Source of the DNA: Eledone cirrhosa | Lineage: Eukaryota | Length of the DNA stretch: 64,000 nt | Assembly: GCA_964016885.1 (NCBI GenBank) | Contig: OZ024742.1 | Coordinates: forward strand, 156,240,001 to 156,304,000 | Direction: 5' to 3' | Part shown: piece by piece, positions 26,801 to 42,672 of the stretch | How the letters are laid out: each line of letters opens with the position of its first letter | Numbering within the stretch: the stretch's first letter is position 1 | Program-made: the position numbers and the translations under genes | The notes under the pieces: generated by a model | Seen by the model: the letters and a program-made list of their open reading frames with translations, nothing else | Databases searched by the model: none | Told to the model about the DNA's origin: nothing

Positions 26801-28410
26801 TTAAAGGAAAGCCCAATGAAATCTGATGGAGAGAAACATGTTTTTTAGTGAAACAAATCTGTCATATTTTGATAGGAATGACATAATAAAATGGTTTCAG
26901 ACCTGGGGCAGCGCAGAATTTCGTTTTCGTGTGGGTTATTAGATGAGATATTTTTGAAGACGGTTGTAAATCTACAGAAAATGGAATAACGATATTTAAG
27001 CGATTTTCAGGAAAGGCAGCTATATATATTAATGTAATCATCACAATATGTCTAAGTGATCAACTGAACATGAATATATTAAATACAATTTTATTATCAG
27101 AAATAGCAGTACATCCTATTATTTCTATGAGACTGGAAAGATGTTGTTGTAAATCTAATGGTAAATAAATATTATTATTCATTAATATGTTTATATTAAC
27201 AGTAATAACATAGTGTTTAAATATACAATAAGTAATTAAATAACATATGATTACCGGAGAGAAAAGGTGGGTAAGTAATCAAATATATTTTGCTTTACTT
27301 TAATGTCAACTTTGGGAATATATATTTTGAGAGATGTTTCTATCTTTCAGAATGCAGATTCTGACTGTTTGATTTAGTAAAATAATTCGTTTAGAAATAT
27401 ATAATATATAGCAGAAACGAATATCCTATTTTTCTAGATTTAATCACAAATTGTAAGAAATATTTTATTTTACATTTCGCAATACATACAATTAATCTGG
27501 CTCTGATCAGAATATAAAAGATTAAGGGAAGGGAATATATTATGAGTATTAGAGTATGTATGTGGCGTCTTGGTGGTACCGACATGACATGATACATTGC
27601 TGTTATTGGGCATAATAAACCTGCCTGCACCATCCGCTCTTCTGGTCTAAACAGAGCCGATTTCTTCTCGAAAATTGGGGCACGCGATAGAAGATATATA
27701 CACAAAGAAATAATGGCTATATTACTCCGGTGGTATATTTTCTCTCTCCCTCAAAAATGAAGTTGTGCAAAGTTGAACCCAACGTGGTTTTTAACTGTCA
27801 GGCATTGACAAGGAATGAATTATGCAATGTATTCTATTCGACATTTTAACAAACTTACCATTTTACAACTATGAGTATTACAGTAACACAATTGTAAAAC
27901 AATATGGAAAATACGCATACTGAATGCGAATATAGCATTGTGTAGCTTGTAATAGCAGAAATAATATCTAATTCACCACCAACATACAAACAATTTATCA
28001 TTATAATCTTAATTTCTTTCTTCACCAATGGTGGTTTCGGTCTTTCAAGCCTATCTGACAGTCAGAACGAAATCTCCAGTATCATTATCATTATTGTCTG
28101 TCAACCACCCTTTCATCTTCATTTTCACTTTCCTATCATCAAAAGATTACATGTGCCCTACTTTATTTACACTTCTTCATTTGTTATAATCACAGTCCCC
28201 AACACCTCTCTCTCTATACCACAATAGATCAGTTTTACGATGCTGCTGAATGAGAGGATGTTCCCCAGAATGATAAGGAGTAATTAAAGTTCGCCACCGA
28301 AGTCAACAAGGAATCATAATATCATAAAGGGAGGAGTGCGGGATTGTGTCCTGAATCTATTTTTTTTTATCCCGTTAGTAAAATATGTCGGATTACTTTG
28401 AATAAATAAT

Positions 28411-28574
28411 TGTTTCTACATTAGGCACAAGGCCAGCAATTACCCAGTGCATTACTGGTACTTTATTTTATCGACCCCGTAAGGATGAAAGGCAAAGTCA
28501 ACCTAGACGGGATTTGAACTCAGATCGTAAAGGGACGTAACTATGCTGGAAAGCATGGCGTCCGACCCTCTACC
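28411..28574 (-). mobile_element. SINE family A with ~20-bp TSD
   Basis: gattactttgaa(t/a)aaataat at 28391-28410 and 28575-28594; nearly identical to 13870-14050. Confidence 0.88.
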
Positions 28575-29010
28575 GATTACTTTGAAAAAATAATGAATAA
28601 ATATTACAAAATTGATGTACTAAATTTTGTAGGTGTTGATTAAACATGAATATTCCTATATATAATGATTGCTTATTCTAAGATTCACTTCTTTGAAAAT
28701 GTTCAAATGTCAATACTTCCGGTTATGATATAACGGACGCTATATTATATCGCTTCTATAAACGTTCATATATTTACATCACTATATCATAACGTTTATA
28801 TTGCGTATAATATCAATATGCACACTACACATGCTACCAGAAAACCACCCAGGGGAGGGGGGGGTTTCTTCTAGTTACTATAACTAACATTAATAACGGC
28901 TTACTGTAATGATGTGAACATTTAAATGATAGCATCCACCAGTGACGTCATTCCTCTATTTTTGAAAATATATCATTCTGCATCAAGGGATTTCTTTTAT
29001 TTTCCACTTT

Positions 29011-29106
<96 letters not shown>

Positions 29107-29513
29107 AAAGCATGTATTGAGTTAGAAACTCAAAATAGTCTCATTACAGTAAATTAGCTCTAGGAAAAAGATTATTCCGAGCCGTATATCACTGAAGAAA
29201 AAGGAAAAACGTCATAATAAAATGGTTGTGGTAGTTACCACAATACTTGTTTGTATTTATGTTTCTTAATTTATTCTTAAATTGAGTCTAGCAAACCCTA
29301 TTGTCTATAGTCAGTATTTTTTTTCACCTTAGCGATTTTGGTCCATTACGATTTGAACACATATATATATGTCGGTGTTCGTTTTTCCTTTTTGTTCAGT
29401 TATATATATATATATATATATACATGTAAAGTTATATTTAAAATTGTTGGGTTACAACTAGTAAATATTTATAACTGATATAAAAGCACTCGACAAATAT
29501 TTGGAGTATATTT

Positions 29514-29808
29514 ACAATATTAAATAAATGGAAAACTATATTTATAAAACCATATCTATTTCATTATATATATTTCGGGGATATCATATTAACAATATGC
29601 TATGCCTTCATCAGACAAAATACAATATAAACAGTTTTATAGATAAATATATTCGACATACCGTAATAAACATCAACTTCATTTGAAGAGGTTTACGCTA
29701 GCGTAAACCTCTTCAAATGAAGTTAATGTTTAAAAATACAATATAAACAGTTTTATAGATAAATATATTCGACATACCGTAATAAATATAGTTTTCCATT
29801 TATTTAAT

Positions 29809-29813
<5 letters not shown>
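29514..29813. mobile_element. ORF-less 300-bp hammerhead element with inverted termini
   Basis: ~32-bp terminal inverted repeat (tacaatattaaataaatggaaaactatattta), a minus-strand hammerhead, and ~54-bp direct repeats around a ~60-bp palindrome (29669-29732). Confidence 0.75.
29557..29622 (-). ncRNA. Type I hammerhead motif
   Basis: tattttgt-CTGATGA-aggcatagCATATT(gtt)AATATGatatcccc-GAAA-tatata-TA-atgaaata. Confidence 0.65.
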
Positions 29814-29887
<74 letters not shown>

Positions 29888-32224
29888 TTGTGTCTGTCTG
29901 TCGGTGTGTATATGTGTGTGTATAGTGGTTGCCTGTGAATGTGGATGTCTATAAAGTGTCTTGAAAAGATTTCTGAGATGTGAAGCTGCATACATTGTAT
30001 GCATACAAATAAAGTCTCGTTCTCCAATAGTGCGAATGTGAAACACTTTCAATAAATCAGATTATGCTCGCAATTTCCCCATGCATTCTCCATTGGTTCT
30101 GATCAAGCAAGCGGGGGAAATATAGTCGTATCAGCTACCAGTCATTTGGAATAATAATAGTACAATGCAGGGGATATGTTATAGCATACAACTTGTTGAT
30201 TACTACGCCCTTGTTTAGAATGTAATCTATTGCCTCAACGATAGACATACACTTAACAGTTTTGGCTAGATTAAACATGGTGATATAGATATAGGAATAC
30301 GGAATTCAACAATAAACTTACAGAGAGTATGAGTCAAATTCCTTATGGTGGTAGTTCCTTAAGTTAATTTTCTGCTTAAAATATTTATCTATATTGATAA
30401 TTAGTGTCGGATTTTAACAAGATTATTTGAGTCCTTGACAAAATATTTAGCATTACACATACTACCTTCATATACAAGTAAGTTGAACTATATATTTGAT
30501 CCTTCTAATATCGACAAAATAAAGTACAAACCAAGAATGTCGAGGGATATACAACACTTGTTCCTGAAGTAGGAATCATTATTGATAATCAGTAGAATGG
30601 TGCTTTTATAAGCGGTTGTGGATATTTTGTGTTTAGCAGCAGGAATATTTCGGGATATGAACAATATTGAAAGCTCACCACACCAGTGCATGGAAAACTG
30701 TCAATTGTCGATCACGATTCAATGTTTTGTGATTTACTTTTTTCTGTGACCATTTTGAAAGTGCATTGTTTTTATCCTCAGTGATAGTAGCTGTAATGTA
30801 TCTGATAGTACTGTAATGCTTCACTTTCCTTTGGCGTTTCCCTACATTGCATGTATAGTCGTTGCAATTGTGCTCATTTTTTCCGCTTTTCTTTGGTGAT
30901 ATTTTCTTGAATGATGTAGGGTTAGTGTGGATTCTTTCATTTCTTTCTCGTAGCTTTTTTATATATAGTCAGATTGCTTATTCTTATATTTAGAGTGTGT
31001 ATTTTAATAAAATAGTTCTATTTCAAGTGGATGTCAGGGTACGGATCATCTTCCTGTAGCCAGTAGTTAGGTTGGTGGTCATGGACCCGAATGACAGCGC
31101 AAGTGGTACCATCGGACTGATGGCCGTCTACGACCCAACAAGGTCTGGACTGCCGGATTTCATGAGGTGTCAGGAAGCCTTTATAGAAATGCCTCGTCCT
31201 TTACCGTTTGTTGGGTGCTGGATCTGAATCTTGAATGCTCGCTTAAATTGAGTGAGTGTAGAAGATAAAGGTGAGTAATAGAAGTTCCTTAATCATCATT
31301 CATTTGAACTCTCTGACAGATACCTGTGTGATTTCACAAATATGCCAATGAGGATGAGAACTAACCACACATGGTTTTCAAGATCGGATATAGATATGTT
31401 TTTGATTAGATTACAACATAAGGATACCAAACCGTTGCCTATTCAGATCACAAATTGGTGATATGCATGGTTGACCTAGATACAACACACGGGCAGTGAC
31501 CTGTTCACTAGAAGCTTGAGTCTTCCATCTCGGCATGTAAAGACTATAGAGACAGTAAGCATTTTAGTTAAGAGAAATGTGATAAGGGATTTGTCAACAA
31601 CAGAAGGTGGGGTGCTCTCAAAATAGTTTAGATTAGAATCAATAGCATTTATTAAATAAATAGCGATAGTAAAACTGGAAGGGGGGGGGGGGGTAGTTAG
31701 CAGCTAATCTAGAAGAGGTAATTTTAAATGTCATTGAAACGACCTGCCAGCAGCGTGAATGGTTTTAGAATATTTCTTCAATACGAAACAGAATGGTTGC
31801 ATTTTAAAACTTAAACGCGTGCTCAAAGAAAAGAATGAACGAAACCTGTTCGATAGGCACGAGCGATAAGAGCGCTGCGTGACAACAAAATAACAATTCG
31901 GTTTTTGACGGACGGCGATGAGCGGGTGCTGAACTATTCCAGGCAAATGTGTGGCACGTTTTGCCATATCGTCTCGTTGAACAGCTGCTCGAGGAGTGTG
32001 GTAGGGTCCTAAATAGATGGCCTGTCGTTACAGTCAGCTATTGATGTTGCTAAATACCAATAACACCAGTTGATATTTGGAAATACATGGCCAGCTGTAC
32101 AAGGCACAAACCATCCGCTTTGGATGGTCTGCGTTATATATTTTACGTAGGAATTCCAGATCTGTTTTCGATGTCCTCGAATCCATCTAGATGCAGCTGG
32201 CAGCAGAATGGTGGTATTTTCAGT

Positions 32225-32380
32225 TCTGCGAGCCAGCACGCTGTAGCTCTAATGAAGTAAGACGAGAACAAGAGTGAGGTAATTGATAATTTCCATCCAT
32301 AACTCTGTTAAACGCAGAGATTAAGATTTTGGCAAAGATGCTAGCAACAAAGTTTGATCTTCTCGTTGAAACCTAGTATT
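32225..32380 (+). mobile_element. Decayed L1/Tx1-clade LINE RT fragment
   Basis: Reads DENKSEVIDNFHP / ITLLNAEIKILAKMLA across a frameshift, like the NFRPITLLNxDxKILAK motif. A possible APE remnant (VYDPT) lies near 31125. Confidence 0.55.
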
Positions 32381-33065
32381 CGTCTTTACCATGCACATAA
32401 TCGTCATGGTACCTTTATATCATTTCCCTCGTGCACGATTGTAATTATGTGATTTTCCTTCGTACCATTCGATATTTGTTGGGGGCATTAAATATTTCAA
32501 ATAATTGTTCTTGTATCATGAACATTTATATAGCTATATTCTATTTAGACTGTATCTAATACTCTTAGGTAAAGTTACTCCTCATTCACTTAGATGGTAA
32601 CTTAAGTGTATGTAATTAGCTAGCATCGTAAGGTTTAAATATGGTAAGGTTTAAGCATGGTAAGGTTTAAATAGCTTACAAGTTGGAGAGTTCCACTTAG
32701 ATGGATCACGTAAAAGAGTATAAAATAAAGTTGTGATATTAATCGCCTTTTTTCATCGTGTCTACTAGTTTCCTTACTAGCGATTATGGCTTATCTTTAG
32801 CTCTTCTTGCTCGCTATTTACATTAATTTCTCTGATATTATTAATATTTAACTCAGTTACGGCACCCATTTAATGTATACTAACAAATCGTTGACCTATT
32901 TTATGTTATAAACCTAGCTTCCTTCATTTTTCATTCCATATATATCGTTTCTAATCTGTTGTATAGTAATGGCCTGCTCTGCGTTACTTTGAATCAACCA
33001 CACAGACATACGCACACATACACAACACACACACATACATACACACACACATACGCACATATGTG

Positions 33066-34364
<1,299 letters not shown>

Positions 34365-34979
34365 CATATATGTAGTATGTATGAGTTTGTATCTGTGCAC
34401 TATTATGTGTACTTATATACATACGTATATATGAGAGTGCTTGTATGCTGGAATTTGCATACTGCTGCTACGATCATATAAACAGATGATAGTGATATAA
34501 ACGACCTGTTGTAAATCGAGTAAGCGTGTTTAGTCAACATCTTTACATAGACAAACTAGCTCATATATCATCGTGCCAAACTCTCCTCATTAATATAGAG
34601 ACTGACTTACAATTCAGTGATCATACTTCGCTCCTCTAGATTTGTATTAATTATTTCATTATGGATGCGTATATTGTATTTATGTATGTGTAATTCAAAA
34701 TACGAAGAAAGATATAATTATTACCGGTATGAGTATATCTCCTCGACATGCACCTCCACATTTTAGACAGTCGCTCTCTCAATCTTCCAATACCCATGCA
34801 AACTCTCGCTTGCAATGCAGTTCGTCAATGAACTGTGCGTCACTACTTATTATACTTCTTAAATACGTACAACAGCCTCTCTGTGCCTGATTCTGTCCCT
34901 TCGCGATGATTCTGTCTGTGTCAGCTGCTTGGTGTCAGGGTTTAGCTAATACAAGTTTAGGTTATTTATGATTTTAATA

Positions 34980-35300
34980 TACACCTGCTGCTTCACGTCC
35001 TCCGACTTAGTCTCTTCGGCCACAAACCACGGCATCGCGGCTCGCATCGCAGAATAATGTAAAATAAACAAGTAAAGGGGTTTGTCTGTTCGCTCCCTTT
35101 TCGCACCGGTCGCCGTCGAGACCTCAGGCGTACTTGGACCACGTACTGCCAAGCTCCTCCGCAAGTTCGAAGCGTCGGCGGCCTGTCTGGGGAGGTATCC
35201 ACATGAGGTTGCGTGGCTGTTGCAGTGGGTGTCACTGACCATCGTCCGCGGGAATGCTTGTCCACGTGCGCAGGACTTCTGGCCTCTTGCCCTATGCACA
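34980..35300 (+). mobile_element. 3' fragment of a CRE-like (restriction-like endonuclease) non-LTR element
   Basis: AARIAE**KINK*..LFAPVAVETSGVLGP...WLLQWVSLTIVRGNA matches the AE..K..KY / FxPxAVETxG / QRxSxAxQRGNA C-terminus of CRE-type RLE domains. Confidence 0.7.
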
Positions 35301-35461
35301 AAGATCAATCACCCCCAACGTTCACCCCTCCTTTCTCTTCTGTGACACAAGAGCTCTTGCAATCCCATTCACTTCCCGTTCTTTTTCTTCTTCCTTTCTC
35401 TCGGTTTCTCTATATTTCCCTATTCTTTCTTTCCTTTTGTTTCCCTTTTCTTTTAAATTGT

Positions 35462-35662
35462 TGCCGTCTGTCGGTATCAGTAGAGGGTCGGACGCCAAGC
35501 TTTGTCGCACAGAGTTACGCTTCTTTACGGTCTGAGTTCATATTCCGCCGAGGTTAACTTGGTCTTTTATTCTTACGGGGTCGATAAAATAATGTATCAG
35601 TAATAAACTGGAATAATTGCTGGCCTTATGCCAAAGGTAGAAACAATTATTATTATTATTAT
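35462..35662 (+). mobile_element. SINE family A with (TTA)n tail
   Basis: gtagagggtcggacgcc...ctgagttcatattccgccgagg...agaaacaattattattattatt. Confidence 0.8.
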
Positions 35663-36459
35663 TTTTACTGTAAATAGTATCATCCTTATACAGATTTTAC
35701 CATAAATGAATTAATATATACGCTTCATATACAGGTTGAAAATGTGGCTGCACCGAAAGTTCGACAACCAGATACTACGTAATCACAGTTTTATTACCAA
35801 TAACCTTAAAGCCGTCACTAAAAGGAAGTATTAATAGATAGGTTAATGGAATTGTAGTGGCACTATAGTGAAACAGAGCGTGTATCGGGCATTTCAAACC
35901 AGACGGAACCTATAACCACTCCTAGTCATGAGACAAAGAATGTATTCCAGTGTATGCGAGAGAGATTGATAGAAAGGAATTAAAAAGAGACATGTTGGAA
36001 GAATCGATACCAGTATAGATGTGGTACATTTTTAGCAACCTTGAAATGATGAGAGGCAAATTTTAGGAAGGCGGGTATTGAACACAAAACGCATAGAGCC
36101 GAAATGAATACTGTATCTTACACAACAAATACTCTACCAAACCGCCACACATGAGACTACACATTGGTCTCTTGCAAGATTAAACTAGCGTTGGTATGTA
36201 GGTATAATTTCGCTTTAAAATGCCAGAGATTAATTCGGTAGATAAGTAATAAAAATAGATTTCAACAATATTTACACATGAGTAAATAGGTAAATATATT
36301 CATATATATTTATGAGCATGTCAGGAGAGTAGCGGTAGCTCTCTGACATTTGCAGACCTTCCCAGTCCCATTAGATAGCTAATAGTGATGGTCACCAGGA
36401 ACATATGTCAGTATACACAGTTACACGTTCACACATATATAAGTTTGCCCTTGTTTGTA

Positions 36460-36531
<72 letters not shown>

Positions 36532-36788
36532 TGTGTGTGTGTGTGTGTGTGCGTGTGTATGTGTGTTTGTGAGTGTATGTGTGAATGCGCATGCGTATGT
36601 GGCTGTGTGTGTGTCTTTGTGCGTGTAAGGTGTATATGTGTGTGGGTTTGTATGCATGAATGAATCATATTGATATTAAAAACCGCATACAAATATATTC
36701 CGATATGCGACGGTATTTATGCACACATTCTTCTATGCATACAAACACTCCCAGTTACAAAGATTGTATGTATATATGTATATACGCA

Positions 36789-36881
<93 letters not shown>

Positions 36882-37489
36882 TTAACCTTTACTTAAGTTA
36901 ATATTTTGACATTTGCGAAGTTTGAAGAATAAAATACAATAAAAAATGAGATATTTCAGATGAAATATGGACATTCATGAAACATCCAATGGGCAGCTAG
37001 GTCAAAGTACGGCATTTAATCATTAAGGTCAATATAAAATATGAAAGAATTTTGATATTAGCTTTTATCCACTTGTACGCTTCTGAAAATATCAAAGATC
37101 AATAAGGTTTAACATTGTTTTCTGTGGTTATTATTGACGCAATAGCCTAAGGGTGGCTTTTTATCTGCAAAATCTTTTTATTTATCATAAAAGATAGTAG
37201 CAACAGAGCCGCACTAACATCAGCACAATACCATTAGCACAATAAGAGAATCATCTGTAGAGTGGCATTCAAACATCTTTGCGGTATTTAGCTACAAACG
37301 TCTGCGTTTTGAGTTCAAATTTGCGCTTCATCATTTCAAGACTGGAAAAGAAATGTATGGGTTTGCAATGGGGTTCTTGTAATCCACACGTCACCCACTT
37401 CAAATTGTCGGCCTGGTGCCTGAAATGGAAATATTAATTATCATTATTTATATTTCCATTTGTATCTACCAATACTGCCAATCCATTAG

Positions 37490-37685
37490 GGCGGTGTATT
37501 GGCAGTATCGGTAGAGAGTCGGACGCCATGCTTTGCAGCAAAGAGTTACGGCCCTTTATGATCTGAGTTCAATCCCGCCGAGTTTAACTTTGCCTTTCAT
37601 CCTTATGGGGTCGATAAAATAAAGTACCAGTAATACCCTGCGAGAATTGCTCGCCTTGTGCCAAAAGTAGAAATAATGATTATTA
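37490..37685 (+). mobile_element. SINE family A
   Basis: gcggtgtattggcagtatcggtagagagtcggacgcc...gtgccaaaagtagaaat. Confidence 0.8.
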
Positions 37686-40600
37686 CTTTGTCAGGCAGTG
37701 TGGATATAAAATGCACCTGAGTATATAATCAGCTCTCTAGTCAGAACAAGGAACTTAGGACGATAACGCATTCTAAATAGTCTTTCCATTTTGACTTTCC
37801 TTTCGAAGTACTTGGTAATTTTTCAAACACTTTACTCGCATGGTTCATGTCATTTTATGTCTACATCTATGATCTTAGAGTACTTGACTTGCTTGTTCAA
37901 TATGGCTATATCGTGTCGACGATGTTCAATTACTCTATCAGGTTGGAAATCTTAATTCCAGAATATCCTTGCTTTCCAAAACTCCTGCGTTACTTTAGAA
38001 GTCACAAGTTCACACCAATTCTTTATTACTTCGTATTTACGACATAACAGACAATGAAGCTACAAACAGACTTCATAATGATGGAATTTATGCCAGTCCC
38101 TCACATCCACCCAACAAAATGGGATAAGTTTTCAACATTCTTTCCAATTAGTGGGGGATTCTGGCTGTCAGAAATTGTGTAGATGATATACTACACCGAA
38201 TTGATAACATGTCTTTTGCTGCAATTATAAGGCTTACAGAGGAGCACTTAAGACGTACACATGATGCTAATTTATCCTTGATATCTTGTGTTTGTCTTTC
38301 AAAATGCGGGTTTACTGAAATGGATACATAATGATGTCGAAGTGTTAAAGAAAAAAGCATTAAAAAAATTGCGCTCGCTGGAATTTTAAATCCGCTCCTC
38401 TATGGAAGAAGATTGCATATAATAAGAAACAAAGGCGGAAAAGGAGGATGAAAGCTTATCGGGAATTGCATTAGTATTGATGAGATTGGGTAAGGGATTA
38501 TGTAGAAAAAAGTGAACTGAAGAACAATTATTGAATAAGTGTGTCTCCTCTTGGCATGAGGTGTAATAAGCGACGCATGCTTGTTTCATAGACATGAAAA
38601 GGCAAGTAACCGCGTTCCATAGGACCTTTTGTGGAAGGCTCTGAAGAAGTATGGGAGAGCTTCCTGTTGTTCTGATGTATTTACACTAATACTGTATTTT
38701 AGACGATTTATAATGCATTAATTTCCGGTAAAAGCTAAGACACTCTCCCGAAAATCTGGATGTCAAGTGTAAGCAGATATGTTATTTCTTTTCCGAAGGG
38801 CTGTCTGTCCAGTGTTCATGGATATTCTTTTTATTCTACATCTTCTTCTTCACAAACTTGCTGTGCATGTGAATTCTGTATATGGCCATTTTGAAGAGGA
38901 GAGATATCATGAAACACCTTTGGCGGTATACGACAGCCATTTTGAATGGTTTTGAGTCAGCATCGTTTATTTTCTCGAGACTGTAAGGATGAAATATAAA
39001 ATTGATATCAGTGAGATTTAAATTTAAATCAAATGAGGAACCACAAATGGTTTTATTGTTCTCGTGCAAGCTTCATGTATGTTGCAAATACTCAATCTTT
39101 TGAACGTCACACGATATATTCAGGAAATATTTCCGCCGCTACAATAAACAGAGTATAACTCACTGAGTTCCTGTAATCATTTCATTAATTCCATTATCAA
39201 CTGATGAGAGGAAATCTCTACACCAACATTCATCTTGCTTTCACTTCGTGTAGTCTTCTGTTTATATCCCAGTTGTCCAGTTGTCGATATTGCCCAAACC
39301 GCCAGCTTCTCATGCTCTGATTTTCGACAGACAAACGTTTGTTGTGTCAAATTCTAAGCCTCAATATCTTTTTACGATTCTCGTCTAAATTCTTTTAGTT
39401 TAGTTTTAGGGTCGACTTTAGGGTGTGCAATCCCTCCTGAGCTCAAATAATTTATTGTGCCTTTCGTATGCAATTTCCGCTCATCCTCTGCTAAATGTTG
39501 GCTACTATCCATCCAGAGTTCATTTGCACTGTTATAGACTCAAACTCTGACAATTGTAATATACTGACGCTTGCAATGCAGAGTGGATTAAGACGGCGAA
39601 CATGTGTATTCCCCATTATTATCGGATGCATCTTCCTTTTGTCCATGCATTGTTATTGATACAAACAAATCAAGGGCCAGCATACTTTTCTATAGATTGA
39701 CTAAAGCTTCTTTCAGCTACTCATTTGACATTAAACTTGACTCACGCGCCTTGGGAAAAAGAAAACATAATATTTCTCATTCCTGTTTTCTTGATAAATG
39801 GCTTGGACAAAATATTGCAGTGGTGTGTTAATCTTCTGCTGGTGCAGTATTTAGCCTTTTCAATGGAAATGATTAGATAAGTACTGTCAAAATGTTCAGC
39901 AAACAATCATCATTATTTCTTATTTTAAGCCTGTGTGCCCATATTCTTTTGTTTAACATCACAAATATTTTGCTAAGTAGCCTACATGTGTAGGCTAGAA
40001 CTAACTCCCTACTTTCAAGTGAGGTTCTTCATAACCTGATGTCAGAAACAACATTGAAATATGATTAACCATAACAACAGTTTCAAATGATTCTCTTTAC
40101 TATCAGTCAAGAAAAATCTAAGAATAGCTGGCATATTGTAAATGCACCCACACAGTAAAGCGCAACACAACCTTCCAATCCTTAGAAAATTCAACATGTA
40201 AAACAACTCACCGGATGGAAGAAAAATGCATATTGACCTCAAATAAAACAACAGCATATAACGAAGAAAAAAGTATTTTACTAGAAGAATTGCCAAAAGG
40301 GGAAATTTAATTAGAATTAACTAAAAACTACCTTGGTCAATAAAAATATTTTGTTCAGTAAAGGCACATTGACTTAAGCAGTGGAAAGTGCATATAAATA
40401 AAAAAAAAAACGAAACACCAGATAGCCTAATTTAGACATGTTAGGTGAATAAATAGAACATAGCAAAATGTAAATCTATTGCAATAGGTATCAATTATCT
40501 ACTTATATGTTTCAATTATACTATTCTTAATTCGACAATAAAGGTACTAACACGACTACACAGAAAAACAAGGAAAATAATTGGGTATTTTCGGATATAC

Positions 40601-41552
40601 TAGTTTATACCTGATATAAATTACCTATATTAAAAACGGTAACCTATTATCTCATATCCTTTCATAAAAGTTATACAACCCTCAAAATGTACACACTATT
40701 TGTAAGAAAGTACGTAATAAAATTCTTCAAGCTTAATAGCGTTTACTAGGATGTTAGATATAGGCACATTATATGAATGTGCTACTCAACTGAACTTTCT
40801 TAACCGTTATTGATGTGTGGAGACCAGGACGGCCTATGTCTGCAGATGTACCTTTATCTGATACATGTAAATAAAACCTTTAATTGCCTTGATTTACCGT
40901 AAACCTGTCTACATCAAATCTAGAGTATCCACGAACATGAACAAAACCAAACAATAAACCTATTTCCAATCTCAGTCAAAGTAAAAATATTATACTACTC
41001 TGCAGCTAAAATGAATAATATCTGCACCAATTTCTGGTATTGGTAGGACAGGTGTCACCATGGTGCAGTTGCCTTATGTTGTTCCATATAAAACTTCTCC
41101 AATATGTTAGTACCGTTAGCTAAATCATGTTTAGCTGGACGAGGTGTGTAAATGATAGTTTAATCTTCAAATCTTTTGATACTACTCTACCTTTATCGTA
41201 GCAACTTTAATTCGTTAAACATACACGGAACAAAATATTTTCCATGTTACTCCACCTAACGTATCACAATATAGAATTGTAAATGACACTTTTATATTTT
41301 CCGCCTCATCTTACAATTTAGTGTGGTTTTCAAATGTCTATATGAACCAGTATTTCCCCTGAGCTCATATTATTGTATAATCTACCAGTGAAGCATAATA
41401 TTTACAAACATTACGTGTCAATCAAAATTTCTATTTACACTTCTCTTCTTACAGTAAAAGTTTCTCAATAATAATTTCTGTGAATCTCCAAGTGTTATGT
41501 ATCAATTTGGTAAAGTTCTAAAAATATCATTCAATTTTGTTTATATGTGGAA

Positions 41553-41680
41553 CATACATTTTATTTCTAAATTATATTACCGTCGTTTTCAAATTGAAAT
41601 TTCATATTTATATCGAAACGTATAAATATGAAATTTCAATTTAAATACGACGGTAATATAATTTAGAAATAAAATATATG
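41553..41680. repeat. Inverted repeat, 60-bp arms (3 mismatches), 8-nt loop
   Basis: Arm 41553-41612, loop tcgaaacg, arm 41621-41680. Confidence 0.9.
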
Positions 41681-41839
41681 AGGAGGATAAAATTCGACGT
41701 AAGATGTTAAAAGATTGAAATAGTGACTGACTTAAAGAAGTCGTGGAAGTATTGACATCGTTGTATAAGGCCAAATGACCGCATTTGTCTTCAGGAGTAT
41801 AGGATAAATTATGGATACGTTATCAAGACCGGCTAGTGT

Positions 41840-42672
41840 GGGACCTATCGGCTGGAATTTGCAGATGACATGGTACAACATAACTTACCGAAAGGCGATT
41901 TCCAACATTAGATAGATTTGCTGCCGAGTGATGCAGAACAGCAATTTAAATCAGTGGTGGAAAACTAAAACACCCGTCCTCCAAAGGAGCCTGCATAGTG
42001 AACGCTATAAGTTAGTGAAATTCCACTAAAACGAGTAGAGACCATCAAGTATTTCGTTGCCATTTTCACGAGTGATGGAAGAATTGAGGCTATGCAGTAA
42101 TGTACTAAATTCAGCATGCTGTCATTACATGTAGAGAGCTGGGTGTACAAGACAAACTCACTATCTGCAATATGGTGTTCTTCTATATAATCATGAATCA
42201 TAGATACTGGCTGCAAGAACACGATCAAAACTACAAACTATACGACATGGGGATTATCCGATAGGTATTTGGTGCACTATAACACGATAGCGATCATGTC
42301 TTAGCGATCCGCGCGTCAATCCAGTTACAGACGCTTTTTCGACAAATTGAGATATCACAGCTCCGACACTATAGAAATGCATTTAAAATGCAAAGGTACA
42401 ATTCACTAGGAAACTCAACCGGTAAGAGCCCCAGAGGTGGATTACGCGTAAGATCGCTGGATAATATCCATGAGCACGGATGGGCTCGCTTAGGATACAA
42501 GCAGAACACTTGAAGGCAGTTGCTTCTAACAGTACCTCTGGAAGATATGTGTGTCGACACAGCCCTGCACACCCTTCACAAGAAGAAGAAGAAGAAGAAG
42601 AAGAAGAAGAAGAAGAAGAAGAAGAAGAAGAAGAAGAAGAAGAAGAAGAAGAAGAAGAAGAAGAAGAAGAAG
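41840..42672 (+). mobile_element. Decayed RTE-like LINE 3' fragment ending in (GAA)n
   Basis: Remnant motifs LEFADDMV (~41853), KRVETIKYFVAIFTSDGRIE (~42028) and GKSPRGG (~42421); (GAA)n at 42582-42672. Confidence 0.6.

Noticed and set aside
38450-39350. Faint LINE RT-like remnants (also ~14760-14860 and ~5650-5900)
   Set aside because: Too degenerate to assign boundaries or clade by eye.
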